A DNA stretch of 64,000 nucleotides from Verrucomicrobiota bacterium. GTDB taxonomy: Bacteria > Verrucomicrobiota > Verrucomicrobiia > Limisphaerales > JADLHS01. A program made the translations under genes and the position numbers. The notes below the pieces were generated by a model. It did not search any database. It was not told the origin of the DNA and saw only the letters and a program-made list of their open reading frames with translations. Position 1 is the stretch's first letter; each line of letters starts with the position of its first letter. Shown here one piece after another: positions 1 to 11,500 of this stretch. The stretch covers positions 25,333 to 89,332 of the forward strand of contig JASGKY010000038.1 in assembly GCA_049840435.1 (NCBI GenBank). The letters are read 5' to 3'.

Positions 1-144
1 CTGCTTAGTGGCGTTCTTCCCCCATCGCAAGCCGGACAATTGGACCGCTACCAACAGACCCAAGAGCGTCGAGTTGAAATGTTGAAACGGTCGCTTGCTT
101 TGTTAAAGCCGCCCACCGAGGCAAGCATAAAGCCGCAGGAATAA
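1..144 (+). CDS. 3' end of an unidentified gene (partial, runs off the left edge)
   Basis: Frame 1 is open from nt 1 to TAA at 142-144 (47 codons, ...QERRVEMLKRSLALLKPPTEASIKPQE*). The stop lies in the loop of the 129-158 hairpin. No family is recognisable and it is too short for the ORF track. Confidence 0.3.
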   Translation: MLSGVLPPSQAGQLDRYQQTQERRVEMLKRSLALLKPPTEASIKPQE

Positions 145-158
145 ATTCCTGCGGCTTT
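129..158. terminator. Putative bidirectional intrinsic terminator between the left-edge gene and aspS
   Basis: Perfect 13-bp stem (aaagccgcaggaa / ttcctgcggcttt) with 4-nt loop taaa. It lies between convergent genes, 19 nt beyond the aspS stop. The stem arms supply A/T tracts on both strands. Confidence 0.5.
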
Positions 159-176
159 AAAACAATCATTCTCTCA

Positions 177-1997
177 TTACACCTTCGGCGACGCAGGCGC
201 TTCCGGCTTCTTCACCTTCACGTCAATGTACAGCTCGCGCAGCTGCTTCGGCGAAACGGTGGAAGGCGAACTCGTCATCAGGTCCGTGCCCTTTGCGGTC
301 TTCGGGAAGGCGATGACGTCGCGGATGCTCGGTGTGCCGCAGAGAATCGCAATGAGGCGGTCGAAGCCGAGCGCGATGCCACCGTGCGGCGGGGCACCGT
401 AGCGGAACGCTTCGAGCATGTAGCCGAAACGCAGCTTCGTTTCTTCCGGAGGAATCGCGAGCAGTTCCTCGAAGATGGTTTTCTGCACGTCGGGCTGATG
501 AATACGGATCGAGCCACCACCAAGTTCCACGCCGTTGACGACGATGTCGTAGTGCTGGCCGCGAACTTTCTTGGGGTCGGTCTTGAGCAGCGGAATGTCT
601 TCCTGCACCGGCGCGGTGAACGGATGATGGCTGGAATACCAGCGGTTGTTCTCGCGGTCGAAACCAAGCAACGGAAATTCCACGACCCAGAGGAAGTTGA
701 ATTGCAGCGGATCAATCGTCAGCTTGCCCTGCGACTTCAATACATCGGCGCAATAGAGACGAATCTTGCCAAGGATTTCGCAGGCGTTGAGCCATTGGTC
801 AGCGGCGAAGAGAATCAAATCGCCTTCCTGGATTTGCAGCTTGCTCGTCAGCGCGGTTTTTTCGGCGTCGCTGAAGAACTTCACGATGGGCGATTTCCAT
901 TCGCCGTTCTCAACCTTGATGAATGCGAGACCTTTCGCGCCAAAGCTCTTGGCGTATTCGGTCATCGTTTCGATCTGGCCTTGCGTCGCGCCGGCGAGGC
1001 CTTTGGCGTTGATGGCTTTCACCACGCCGCCGGCTTCGATGCATTTGCCGAACACGCCGAACTTCGAGCCTTTGAATTCTTCGCTGAAGTCCACGAGTTC
1101 CATGCCGAAGCGCGTGTCGGGTTTATCAATGCCCCAACGGTTCAACGCTTCCTCGAAACTGATGCGCTTGAACGGCGTGGGCACATCAATGTTCAGCGCG
1201 GTCTTCCAAACCTTCTTCAGCAAGCCTTCGATGAGCGCGTAGATGTCTTCGCGGTCAATGAAGCTCATCTCGATGTCCACCTGCGTGAACTCGGGCTGCC
1301 GGTCGGCACGCAAATCTTCGTCGCGATAGCAACGCGCGAGCTGGAAGTAACGCTCAACGCCGCTGACCATGAGAATCTGTTTGAACTGTTGCGGCGATTG
1401 CGGCAGCGCGTAGAACGTGCCGGCTTCGCGGCGGTTCGGGACCAGAAATTCGCGCGCGCCTTCAGGCGTGGACTTGAACAGCGTGGGCGTCTCGACTTCG
1501 AGGAAGCCCTGCTCGTCCATGTAACTGCGCGTGGCGATGGCGACCTTGGAACGCACGCGGAGATTGCGCGCCATTTCGGGGCGGCGCAGGTCGAGATAGC
1601 GATATTGCAGGCGCGTGTCTTCGGCGACTTTCGCGGCGGCTTCCGGATCATCAATCTGGAACGGCAGCACATCGGCCATGTTCAGCACCTCGAGCGCAGT
1701 GATACCGACCTCGACTTCGCCGGTGGGAATCTTGGTGTTGTTCGTGCCCGCAGGACGTTGACGCACCTTGCCCGTGAGGCTGACGACGCATTCGGCACGG
1801 AGCGCGGCGGCTTGCTCGAAGACTTCCTTCGTCAGGTCAGACGGATCGAACACGGTCTGGGTGCGGCCTTCACGATCGCGGATATCAATGAAGATGAGGC
1901 CGCCGAGGTCGCGGCGGGAGTGAACCCAGCCGTTCAAAGTGACAGTCTGTCCGATGTGCGCCGGGCGCAGTTCGTTGCAATGATGCGTGCGTTTCAT
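177..1997 (-). CDS. aspS: Aspartate--tRNA ligase (bacterial type)
   Basis: 606-aa ORF. N-terminal OB-fold anticodon-binding region (RTHHCNELR...GWVHSRRDLGGLIFIDIRDREG), class II motifs (FYALPQSPQQFKQ, RCYRDEDLRADRQPEFTQ, GGGSIRIH, GAPPHGGIALGFDR) and the bacterial insertion domain. Length is typical. Confidence 0.97.
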   Translation of the reverse strand: MKRTHHCNELRPAHIGQTVTLNGWVHSRRDLGGLIFIDIRDREGRTQTVFDPSDLTKEVFEQAAALRAECVVSLTGKVRQRPAGTNNTKIPTGEVEVGITALEVLNMADVLPFQIDDPEAAAKVAEDTRLQYRYLDLRRPEMARNLRVRSKVAIATRSYMDEQGFLEVETPTLFKSTPEGAREFLVPNRREAGTFYALPQSPQQFKQILMVSGVERYFQLARCYRDEDLRADRQPEFTQVDIEMSFIDREDIYALIEGLLKKVWKTALNIDVPTPFKRISFEEALNRWGIDKPDTRFGMELVDFSEEFKGSKFGVFGKCIEAGGVVKAINAKGLAGATQGQIETMTEYAKSFGAKGLAFIKVENGEWKSPIVKFFSDAEKTALTSKLQIQEGDLILFAADQWLNACEILGKIRLYCADVLKSQGKLTIDPLQFNFLWVVEFPLLGFDRENNRWYSSHHPFTAPVQEDIPLLKTDPKKVRGQHYDIVVNGVELGGGSIRIHQPDVQKTIFEELLAIPPEETKLRFGYMLEAFRYGAPPHGGIALGFDRLIAILCGTPSIRDVIAFPKTAKGTDLMTSSPSTVSPKQLRELYIDVKVKKPEAPASPKV

Positions 1998-2134
1998 TTA
2001 TCTGCCGATACTGTAAGTTTATACAGTAATGGGGCGTGGATGTTGCAGGTAATTCGCATGAATTTCAAAGAGATTCTTGCCTCGAAACGGACTTACACTA
2101 CGCTGAATTGGCCATCCGGCTTTTGACCTGAATT

Positions 2135-2676
2135 ATGAATTCGCCCCTACCTGTCATCTTGAAACGTGATTGTCCCGTCATCCGCATCCCCGCTGGCAGC
2201 GCGGACACCATCGCCTCCGGCACGGAAGTCCATATCACACAGACCCTCGGCGGCAGCTACACGATTCAAGCACCGGGCGGATTGTTCCGCGTCGCACCGC
2301 AGGACGCCGATGCGCTGGGATTCGAAGTGGAGAAAGCTACCACCACCGCCACCACTGGCCCGGTGAACGAAGATTTGATCTGGCAAACCTTGCGGTACCT
2401 GCTTTGACCCAGAAATCCCTGTCAACATTGTGGACCTTGGCCTTGTGTATGACATGAAACTTTCGCCAGTCGCAAGCGGTGGTTCGCGCGTGGATGTGAA
2501 GATGACTTTGACCGCGCCTGGTTGCGGTATGGGCCCGGCCATCGCTGGCGATGCGCAGGTTAAGCTGCTGAATCTTGAAGGCGTCGAAGATGCGAACGTA
2601 GAAGTCGTCTGGGTATCCGCCGTGGCATCACTCAATGATCACTGCGGAGGGAAAACGAATTCTTGGCCTGGAATAA
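2135..2676 (+). pseudogene. sufT: SufT-like Fe-S cluster assembly protein (N-terminal SufT domain + DUF59/MIP18), broken by two +1 frame shifts as assembled
   Basis: ORF 2135-2407 ends ...[12 protein letters not shown]. The next frame continues [20 protein letters not shown]... (ORF 2430-2702), the canonical DUF59 core, so there is one extra nt near 2393-2399 (cggtacc). A second extra nt near 2611-2615 (tgggtatcc) restores VVW(D/Y)[19 protein letters not shown] with a stop at 2674-2676. 542 nt minus 2 gives 180 codons, typical for SufT. Confidence 0.8.
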
Positions 2677-2698
2677 CCCCGCCGCAAGAGCTGCCTTC

Positions 2699-3692
2699 TT
2701 AGGCTGCTTGCGGCATGACTTTCGGAGTCTCAACACTATTCAGCAAGCGATCGAATTCCTTGCACGGCGCGGCGTAATAAGGATAGCGCTGCGACGCGTT
2801 ACTCGGCTTGTAGCGCCAATGACGGTAAGCCCAGAGCCAGTCTTGGGGATTGGCGCGGATTGTCGGTTCAAAAAAATCCCAGCACTGCTGCGCAATCTGC
2901 TGGACAGTCGCATCCGGGGCAATCACCAAAGGCGGATGAATCACCACGCGGCACGTACCATCCGGCAATGAAATGCCCTCTGTTGCACCAATTTGGCCGG
3001 TCCGCGTTGGGCTAGGACGGAATGCAAGAACGTGACGCACATTTTCATCCCAAAGGTATCAATAATCGTGGCCGCCTCGTGGGGTCGCAGGTTTAAATCC
3101 GCCAGCATACCCGCCACCCCGCCGCGCCGGACATGTTTCAAGAGACGGATCATGGACGATTCCTGCCCGATGATGCGATGCCCGGACGTCTCGCGACAGC
3201 ACTTGAAAAACTCACTCACGCTGGGATTCTTAAACCGTTCGGTGACGATCGTGACTGGCGTTCCTTCAAAACCGACTGCCAGGTCTCGCCACTCAAAATT
3301 GCCATGATGGATGCAGACCATCACCGCGCTTTCGCCACGCTGCCGTATTTCATGGAGGATATGAGCGTTCTCGATCTTGATGGTACCGGCGATAATTTTT
3401 CGGCGTCAATCCCTTTGCCCAAAAGAGGTCGAACATGGTCCGGGCAAATTTCCGGTAGACCCCACGCGCAATCTTCAGTCGCTGCTCAGGAGTAGTATCG
3501 GGTCCCAAAGGCTGCTTCAATGTTGGCCAGCGTGACTGCCCGCCCGCGCGCATCGAATCGAAACACGACGGTGCTTAAAATGTTAGCCGTCCCCACGACG
3601 GCACGACGCGGTAGCAACGGCAAGAAATTGGCCAACAAGCCTATTCCCAGCCACTCCAACCGATGCCGAATCCGAATCCAACGTCGTCTCAT
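2699..3692 (-). pseudogene. Lipid A biosynthesis (LpxL/HtrB-family) lauroyl/myristoyl acyltransferase, three frame breaks as assembled
   Basis: Four consecutive minus-strand ORFs (3486-3692, 3350-3553, 2941-3324, 2699-3040) read through as one protein. It has an N-terminal membrane anchor (LEWLGIGLLANFLPLL), the HX4E acyltransferase motif (CIHHGNFEW) and a C-terminal RVVIHPPL...NPQDWLWAYRHWRYKP. Breaks lie near 3500-3506 (extra nt), 3382-3387 (extra nt) and about 2960-3005 (missing nt). 994-1-1+1 = 993 nt = 331 codons. Confidence 0.75.
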
Positions 3693-3888
3693 GTGATTTT
3701 GTATTTAACCAACTTTCCGTCCAATCCGAAACAAAGAAGAATATGATTTGTTGGAAATATCCCAGCCATGAGCCCATCGCTTTAAACCCGCAAATTGCCC
3801 AAACCCGAGCTGCTTCTCCCTGCGAAAGACTTGAGTAAATTTGAAGGTTTTGGTGAAGAAACCAAGTCCCAGGCGCATCTGACCCTGT

Positions 3889-4875
3889 TCAAAGCAGTTC
3901 ACGCGCGTAAGCAAACAACGCTGGTGCACCACCTGTGTGCCAAAACAAAACCGTTTCGCTTGGGTGAAATTTCCCGGTGCGGATCAAATCCACCAGCGCT
4001 CCAAAAGCGCGTCCGGCATAAACAGGATCGAGAATGATTCCCTCCGTGCGCGCCAGCAACCGGATCGCGGCCCGTTCCAGTTCACCCACGATTCCATACC
4101 CCTCTCCTTTGTAGCCATAGACCACATGGATGTCCGCCTGGGTCAAACGAACCGCCGCTCCGAGATACTCCGCGCACGCATTCGCCATCTGGGCCACTTC
4201 TATTTCATACTCGAAATGTTCCGGGTCGTTCTTGTCGATAGATAATCCCGTCACACTACCAGCAAAACCTGCCAAGCGCGCGCCAAGCACCAGCCCGGCC
4301 TGCGTCCCGCCTGAACTAGAACCAAACACAATGTGATCGACACGCTGCTGCCGCGCTCGCAATTGTTCCAGCAGCTCGAACATCGCCACGACATAGCCTA
4401 CTGCACCAACACCATTCGAGCCTCCCACCGGAATCAAATACGGCTTTCGCCCCGCTGCGCGCAGTTCCTCATCCAAAGCCTTCAACTTTACCGCCCGCTG
4501 CGATCGCTCAATCCAATGTGACTGGGCTCCCAACAATTCATTGAGTAATAGATTGCCGTTCAGCATTTCTGGCTGCTTGCCGTTAAGAATCAATTCACAC
4601 TTCAATCCAGCTTGCGCCGCCGCCGCCGCAGTCTGACGGCAATGATTCGACTGCGCGGCGCCCAAGGTCACCAACGTGTCAGCGCCTTGCGCCAGCGCCT
4701 GCCCAACGAGAAACTCCAGCTTCCGGGTTTTGTTGCCGCCCAAGGCCAGTCCGGTTTGATCATCGCGCTTGATGAGCAACCTCGGTCCCCCAAGTTCACG
4801 CGTGAGTCGTTCGAGACTGGCGACCGGCGTCGGCAACTGTGCCAAGGGAAAGCGGGGCAAAGATTCGATCTGCAT
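3889..4875 (-). CDS. D-cysteine desulfhydrase / ACC deaminase-family PLP-dependent enzyme
   Basis: The ORF is 340 aa, with the likely start at MQIESLPRF (ATG 4873-4875). The PLP-lysine motif is LKRDDQTGLALGGNKTRKLEF, followed by a GGSNG glycine loop. Length is about that of E. coli DcyD. Confidence 0.85.
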   Translation of the reverse strand: MQIESLPRFPLAQLPTPVASLERLTRELGGPRLLIKRDDQTGLALGGNKTRKLEFLVGQALAQGADTLVTLGAAQSNHCRQTAAAAAQAGLKCELILNGKQPEMLNGNLLLNELLGAQSHWIERSQRAVKLKALDEELRAAGRKPYLIPVGGSNGVGAVGYVVAMFELLEQLRARQQRVDHIVFGSSSGGTQAGLVLGARLAGFAGSVTGLSIDKNDPEHFEYEIEVAQMANACAEYLGAAVRLTQADIHVVYGYKGEGYGIVGELERAAIRLLARTEGIILDPVYAGRAFGALVDLIRTGKFHPSETVLFWHTGGAPALFAYARELL

Positions 4876-4982
4876 GAGGAAGTATGTGCCGCAGCGGCAG
4901 CCGCTCGTCAATCCGTTGACGAAGTTGCCATAACAGCCAGGCTGCCGTCAGAGGAATATAGCCTACTTGGACTCCGGCTGGA

Positions 4983-5537
4983 TTACGGCGACTCCTCGGC
5001 TCGAAAATAGAGCGTGGGCACATTGGTCAACGCCATCCCACTAACCTGCAGCACGCCATTACTCAAGACAGGCAGGCCAGCGACTGGCTGCCAAGCATTG
5101 AACGGCAAAGTGACGTTAGTGCTGGAATAGAAATGGATTTTTGCGGCACGAATTGGCGTCAGTGGCGAACCATCCCCGGCGCTGGCGCGGAGAATGAGGT
5201 TGTTTCCACTGGTCTGCGGCAGATGCAGACGCAACGGACGAACATTCCAAGATCCTTCAATCGCCCGGAAAAACAGCGCGGGCGGGTTGGTTGGATTGAT
5301 GCCATCCACCATCAACAGACCGTTGGTCAACACCGGCGCAATCGCCAGCGCGGTCCAATTGCTCAAAGGCAGCATGACATTGGTGGAGGCATAAACCCAA
5401 ACATTGGAAGCGCGGTCAGGCATGATCGGACTGCCATCCACCGTGCTGATAAACAGGCGCACCCGCCCTGCGTTGAACTCGGGAGTTAGGAGTTTTAGTT
5501 GGGCTTGATTGAATCCCAACGTCAGGAGCAATTGCAC
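4983..5537 (-). CDS. Two tandem ~85-aa beta-sandwich-like repeats, most likely the detached C-terminus of the upstream giant protein
   Basis: The 184-aa ORF has no signal peptide or RBS context and starts 9 nt after the giant ORF stop. Its frame stays open upstream across that stop. Internal repeat: GRVRLFISTVDGSPI...LLMVDGINPTNPPALFFRAIE versus NNLILRASAGDGSPL...VLQVSGMALTNVPTLYFRAEE. One extra C in the run at 5559-5564 would fuse it in frame. Confidence 0.6.
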   Translation of the reverse strand: MQLLLTLGFNQAQLKLLTPEFNAGRVRLFISTVDGSPIMPDRASNVWVYASTNVMLPLSNWTALAIAPVLTNGLLMVDGINPTNPPALFFRAIEGSWNVRPLRLHLPQTSGNNLILRASAGDGSPLTPIRAAKIHFYSSTNVTLPFNAWQPVAGLPVLSNGVLQVSGMALTNVPTLYFRAEESP

Positions 5538-5545
5538 GTTATTCG

Positions 5546-8500
5546 TTACGCCGAACGACCCCCCAAAATCGCCTCATCATTAAAAGGCGTGGTATCCAAG
5601 CTGGTTATTGCTCCGCCGATGGCAAACGGCTGCCCGGCTGCCTGCACCAGATTGGTGATGAAGGCAGCATTCAGATTCATGGTGATGAACTGATCCGCCT
5701 CACTCGTGGAAAAACTCCGGCTGCCATAAACAACGCCATCGGCCAGATCATTGAAGATGGAAACCAACCCGGTCCCGCCGGCCACCAACGTCGGTACCGC
5801 AGTGCTCACATGATGGAGTTGGAACGTCTCGCTCCCGGTAGCAGTAACGATGCTGTAAGTTTTGATCCGCAATTGCGCGGCCACCACCGGTCCAGGCAAA
5901 GCCGGAACATTGAAGGCAAACCAGTTTCGATACGGCGCATCCGTCGAATCCGAGGCGTCGCCGCAGATATAGTTCTCGTTGGCCGCATCGTGTCTGCCGC
6001 TGGCATCATACCAGCCAGTATCGAACGCGTAGAAGGAGACATTGGAACTGTACGGCAACACAGTCAATGCGGCGGCGGCGCTGTTCGTAAATCCATAGGC
6101 GTTACTGATCACAACGGAATAATTCCCGGCATTGGAATATTGCACGGCACTCAACGTATAACTGCTGTTGGTGGCCCCGGTGATAATGGCGTTGCCCTTT
6201 TGCCATTGATACCGCAATGGTGTACCGCCGCCGGCAAGCACATTGAAAGTGGCGGAACCGCCAACGGTAACCGTCAGGGACTGCGGTTGCGTAACAATCA
6301 CTGGCGGATTGCTGGCATTGATTGACAAGACTTCCAACAGGGCTCGCCGCAAGACTTCGTCCCAGCCGCCATCTTGAGTGCCCCGCGGCACCGCGTCGAA
6401 CCAATCATAGGCGAGGAACACGATCTTGCCGCTGCCCCGCGGAATCATAGCAACGGTCGTATAAAGTGCTCCACTATCCTGATAGATACTTAAACTCCCC
6501 GCCGGAAGACTGGATCGGAGCCATTCGTAGGTCCCACTATTCTCCGGCAGTGTCGCCGGACCGCCGTCAAACGCCGTACCAACAGCCGCCCCAGAGCGCA
6601 GCGAAGAACTACTCGAGGCAGCGGTGCTAACGCCATACCCGAACACCTGATTGACGAAATTCTCATCGCGACTTCCAGACTGACCGCAGATGATCAAGTT
6701 CCCGCCGCCGGAAACGAAATTGGAAATGATCCCCTTCGCTGCCACCGACAAAGCCGGAGCGAGATCGCCGATTTCCAATTCGGGAATCACAAGCAGCTTC
6801 GCACTCAGCAGTGCATTGGAGAACGTGGCGGGCGTGATCCCCGTGAACGATTGAACCTGACACCCCTTGGCAAACAACGCTGCCGTCAAATTCGTGACTT
6901 CACCCGAAGTGCTGCTGCCGGTATCCACATAAGTCGGATCGGCGAACAAACTAACGGTGACGGCATCATCATCTACGATGGTCAACACTGCATTGGATGG
7001 GGCCGTCAGCAGGACATTGGAGACTGTCAGGCTTAATGACAACAGAACCGTTTCCCCTCCCTCGCCCACAGCATCATTTATGATGGGGACTTGGAAGTTG
7101 GTGCTCAACACCCCGACAGGGAATTGCAGCGTGCCCGCGACCGCAGTGTAATCAACCCCGGCAGTGGCCGTACCGTTGGCGGTGGCATACTGCACACTTA
7201 AACTGTGGGCTGAATTCTCCCGCGTTACGGTGATCGTGGCCGCACCGCCACTCTCGGCCAAGCTGCTGCTCGCCGAGGCAAAATGCACCTCATCCAACGC
7301 AGTCGTGAATTGCCAGACCGCCCCAGTGACACTGCCGATCAAATTGGTCGCCACGACCTGCCAATAATATGTCGTGTCAAAGGCCAACAAGCCGGGACTG
7401 CAGGTGCTCTGCGTCAGATTACTGGCCAGTAATGGCAACGCCGCAGCATTCGTCCCGAAGTAAACATTAAACCAAACCCCACCAGCAATGCCTGTCGTAG
7501 CAAAAGCGCAAGCATTACTGAAAACCTGCAACTCGCTCGCATACGATCCAGTGCCATGCCCCACACTCGGATCCAGATTACTGTAAACCACCCGCCCAGA
7601 ACCAAACGAGCCAGCGAGTAACACCGGTCGCGTTGTGCTGTCGTTCACAAAAACCACCGACAGCCCGCCATTACTGGTAAAATCACCGTGCGAAGAATAG
7701 CTCCAGTTGTCCAACGAAGCGTCGGTGACTCCGGTGGCGATAGGATGCGTCGCGTCGGCAATCCCGATGGAATCGCTGTAAGGTGTATTACCCGCAGTGC
7801 TCACGACTCCTGGCGTCGGCACCCAGCTATAATCCAACGACGGATATCCGCCCCCCAGCTCCACGTAGAGCCCACCACCCGCCGCCACAAAATCAGAGAC
7901 TTTGGTTCGCGTCGCCGCATCCGGAGAAAAATATCCTGAAGAGGCGCTCCGGAATATCAAGAGATCCACCCCGCTGAACACAGCGCTGGTAAAATTACTA
8001 CCGGAGAGCACTGTGGCTCCGACGGTGGTAGCAGCGGCGGCGATAACCGAACTCGTCGGCCCAACCACCAGCCAGACCGGTGCGGAAGCCGAAGTCGTTA
8101 CACTGTTGCTTGAATCATTCCAAGCCAGTTGCGTATGAACCGAAACCCGGGAAGCAAAATTGGTCGGAACTGGATCAAATGGCGCTGCGGGCGGCAAAGG
8201 AATATCCACTGTCAGCGTGGCATTCGAACTGACGGTTGCCCCCCAGAGATTGGAAACGGCCACACTGTAAAGCCCCATGTCGTTGGTCGTCACATTGAGA
8301 ATCGTCAGTTGATTGGTGCGCGCTCCGGAAATGCGTCCACCGTCCACTAGATTAGTCCCCCCTTTCCGCCACTGGTAAACGAGGGGAGTGCTCCCGGTGG
8401 CGGTCACCCCAAACATCGCGGTTCCATCCAGTGCCACCAATTGGCTCACAGGCTGGGACGCGATGACGGGAGGATTACTGCTAATAAAGCTGAACTGGGC

Positions 8501-11500
8501 ATCGGCATAACCCAGCGTCTCGGACGAGCCTCCAAACTGACCGCTGCCTTCATAATGAAAGTACCATCGATTACGTGACGGCGACACTACGAAGGACGCC
8601 ATGTCAGAAAGACTCGTGAAAGTTGCGACGGCTGTAACCGCCCCATCCGGCACCCGGGCACGCACGATCCGTTGTGTTCCAGATTCGCGGTAGGTCAAAT
8701 ACAGCGTCCCCTCAAAATACTCGGTCACCCCCCAGATCGCCCAGCTTTCAGAACTGTACCATGCCGGTCGTGTCATCGCCCCCCGAGCAGTTACCGTCCC
8801 AGTCGGGAGATAAATATCATATACAGTCGTGCCATTATGAATCACGATTCTGCCGTAACCGGAAAAGATACCGGTCCCGGAACTCCCGGAGGATAGGGTG
8901 AAAGACTGCGATAGCGTCACCACCACGCCGCTCGGCGTCCCTGTGCTGGGATTAAGCTCGATCAAGGTGGTCACCGTGCCTCCTGCAGAGGTCAGGGGGG
9001 TGGAACCATTACCCAACAAGTAAACCGTCTCGGTTCGCAGGTCCGTGCAAAGACTATCCCGCACCAGCCCCACGCTGACACCTCCGGTAAGCCCCGCTGC
9101 CGCGAACCGTGCAGTTCCGCTGTCACCAGTGACAAAAGCCTGACTGGTAGAAATCGCGATGCCGCCGCGATCATCACCCGTCAGTACATCGTGATCCACT
9201 ACCTTGCTATTGTTGGTCAGCAACGCGGTGATTTTGAATTCGGGCGGGCCTTCGTTATCGAAGATGATACCCACGCCATTGGATTTTCCGAGCTCAGCAT
9301 TGACTGGCGCGGAGAGTACCAAGGAAAAAGTTTCGTTCGGCTCGGCCAGCCCATCATCCAGCACCCGGACGAAAACAGATTGATTCGTCTGGCCGGGGGC
9401 AAAATTTAATGTTCCATTGGTACTCGCATAATCGGCCCCGGCGCTTGCCGTGCCGTTGACGGTTGCAAAATTGACTGTCACGACTTGCGCACTGGCAACG
9501 GACAGACTCACGGTGAACTCCAGATTGGTGTCACCGCCGGCATATTCCGTAACGCTTGTGTCATTGATGGAAAGCACGGGCATCACCACCAGCGTGGTAT
9601 TCGTTGCCACATTGTTACCGGCATAATTATCCGGGCCAGACCGAGACACCGTCGCGATATTGGTGAGAACACCAATAGCCACCGGGGTGACGATGATGTT
9701 CATGCTGGCCTGAGCGCCAGCGGCAATGCTGCCAAGATTGCCCACGACCAGCTGGCCATTGGTGCTGACTGAACCTTGACTGGCCGTGGCAGACAGCAGC
9801 GTCGCCCCGAAAGGAAGTGTATTGCTTACAACAATCCCCGCCGCCGCCGAAGGGCCGGAGTTTGTAACAGCAATCATGTAAGTCAAATTCGCTCCGACTG
9901 CCACAGGATCTGAGCTGTCGGTGACGGCCAAGCCAACATCATCATACCAGCCCACCGCAAACGCTCCGCTGCTACCGACATGTCCGTTGGCATCAGAGGC
10001 GCGAAGCAAAACATTGGTGGCAACTTCCAGCGCAGTCAAACTCCCGCTCCAAACGCCATTGGTAAATACGCCCGTCAGCACGGATGACAACGGAATGATC
10101 TGACCTGGCGCACGAATCAACTGGAGATTCGGTGTGTAGGAAGTCGCATAAGGAGACGGCGAGCTGCCAGTCCAAGTCAGCGGATTTCCAAAACTGCTGG
10201 TGTAGTAATACAGAGTGCGGGCCGCGCTTCGGGCCGAGCAACGGACTGCACCGGAGCCATACGTAATGGAATTATTGAAACTGAAATCAAGCATGAGACT
10301 GTTCGTGCCATCGTAGTCAAACGGGGTCGCGAGATAGAAGACGGCCCAGCCAGTGGTTGTGAGATTCAGATTGGTTTGCTGAACCGTCGTCCAATCAGTG
10401 GATTCCCAGAGATAACTCGAGTAATTCGTCAGCGTCGTGTGCTTGATGCGGATGGTCCAGCTGTTAAGTTCAATCCCGGGAAGGCTGGCCACGTCCAGTG
10501 CAAGCGCCACGATTCGCCCCGCCCCGCCCAGTTCGCCTGCCGGATAAATCACCTGGGTTCTTTCAGTCGCGTATCCCGTGTAGAACGGGAAGCTGTACGT
10601 CACAGTGTCAGTCCCCAAGATATTTGTACCGCCTTCGCCAGTAGCGGCGCTCAAAAAGGCTGGGCCATTAAAATTCACCGCCGGATTATTGAAGGCATCC
10701 AACGCGGTAAGCGTGACCTCAAACGGATGGTTCACATACTGCGGACTGGCAATGGGACTCCAAACAAACCGATCAACATCACCGGGCAGGCCATCATCAT
10801 TCATGATGAAACCGAACCCTTCGCGTTTCAGCAACGTCGCGTTTCCAGCGCCGGACAAATCCAGATAGAAGACTTCATCCCCCTCGATTTGCAAATCACC
10901 ACTGACGCTAATGACGATATTAGAACTGACAACACCGGCGGGAATCGTCAAGGAACCACTCAGACCCGTATAATCGCTGCCACTGATGGCGTTGCCATTC
11001 TCTGTATAATAATTGACCGTGGTCGCCAACCCGCTGGCGGCCGACAAAGTAACCGCAAATGCGGCATTGGTCGTACCGCTATTTCCTTCGACCAAAATCA
11101 CGTCGCCGATCGAAATCGTCGGCATGGCGTCATCATTGCGAATTGTCCCGATGCCTTGGCTGTCCGCCAGCGTAGCATTCACCGCTCCAGAAAGATTCAC
11201 CGTAAAGCTTTCTTCCAACTCATAGGCCGCGTCGCCAACTGTTCGGACCACGAAACTTTGGTTCGTTTCGCCAATCGCAAAACTCAACACCCCATTCGTC
11301 GCGATAAAATCTGTCGGGGAAATGGCCGAACCGTTGGCGGTGGCAAAATTCACAGTCACGGCCGCGGCGGGTGCAGGCGTCACCGACACCGTAAACACCG
11401 CGTTGGCAGTGCCAGCATTTCCTTCGAACAGCGTCACGTCATTGATCCGGATTACCGGCACTTGCACGGACGTAAGGGTACGGTTTGAATTATTCAGCGA

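Noticed and set aside
384-2126. 580-aa plus-strand ORF covering nearly all of aspS in antisense
   Set aside because: It is an Arg/Ala/Glu/His-rich product with no motifs, exactly antisense to a well-supported aspS. Stop-free antisense frames are expected in GC-rich coding DNA.
2390-2620. Programmed ribosomal frameshifting as the explanation for the two SufT-like breaks and the other split genes
   Set aside because: There are no slippery heptamers or downstream stimulatory structures. Both +1 and -1 corrections are needed in different genes. The sites are G/C runs, so assembly error is far more parsimonious.
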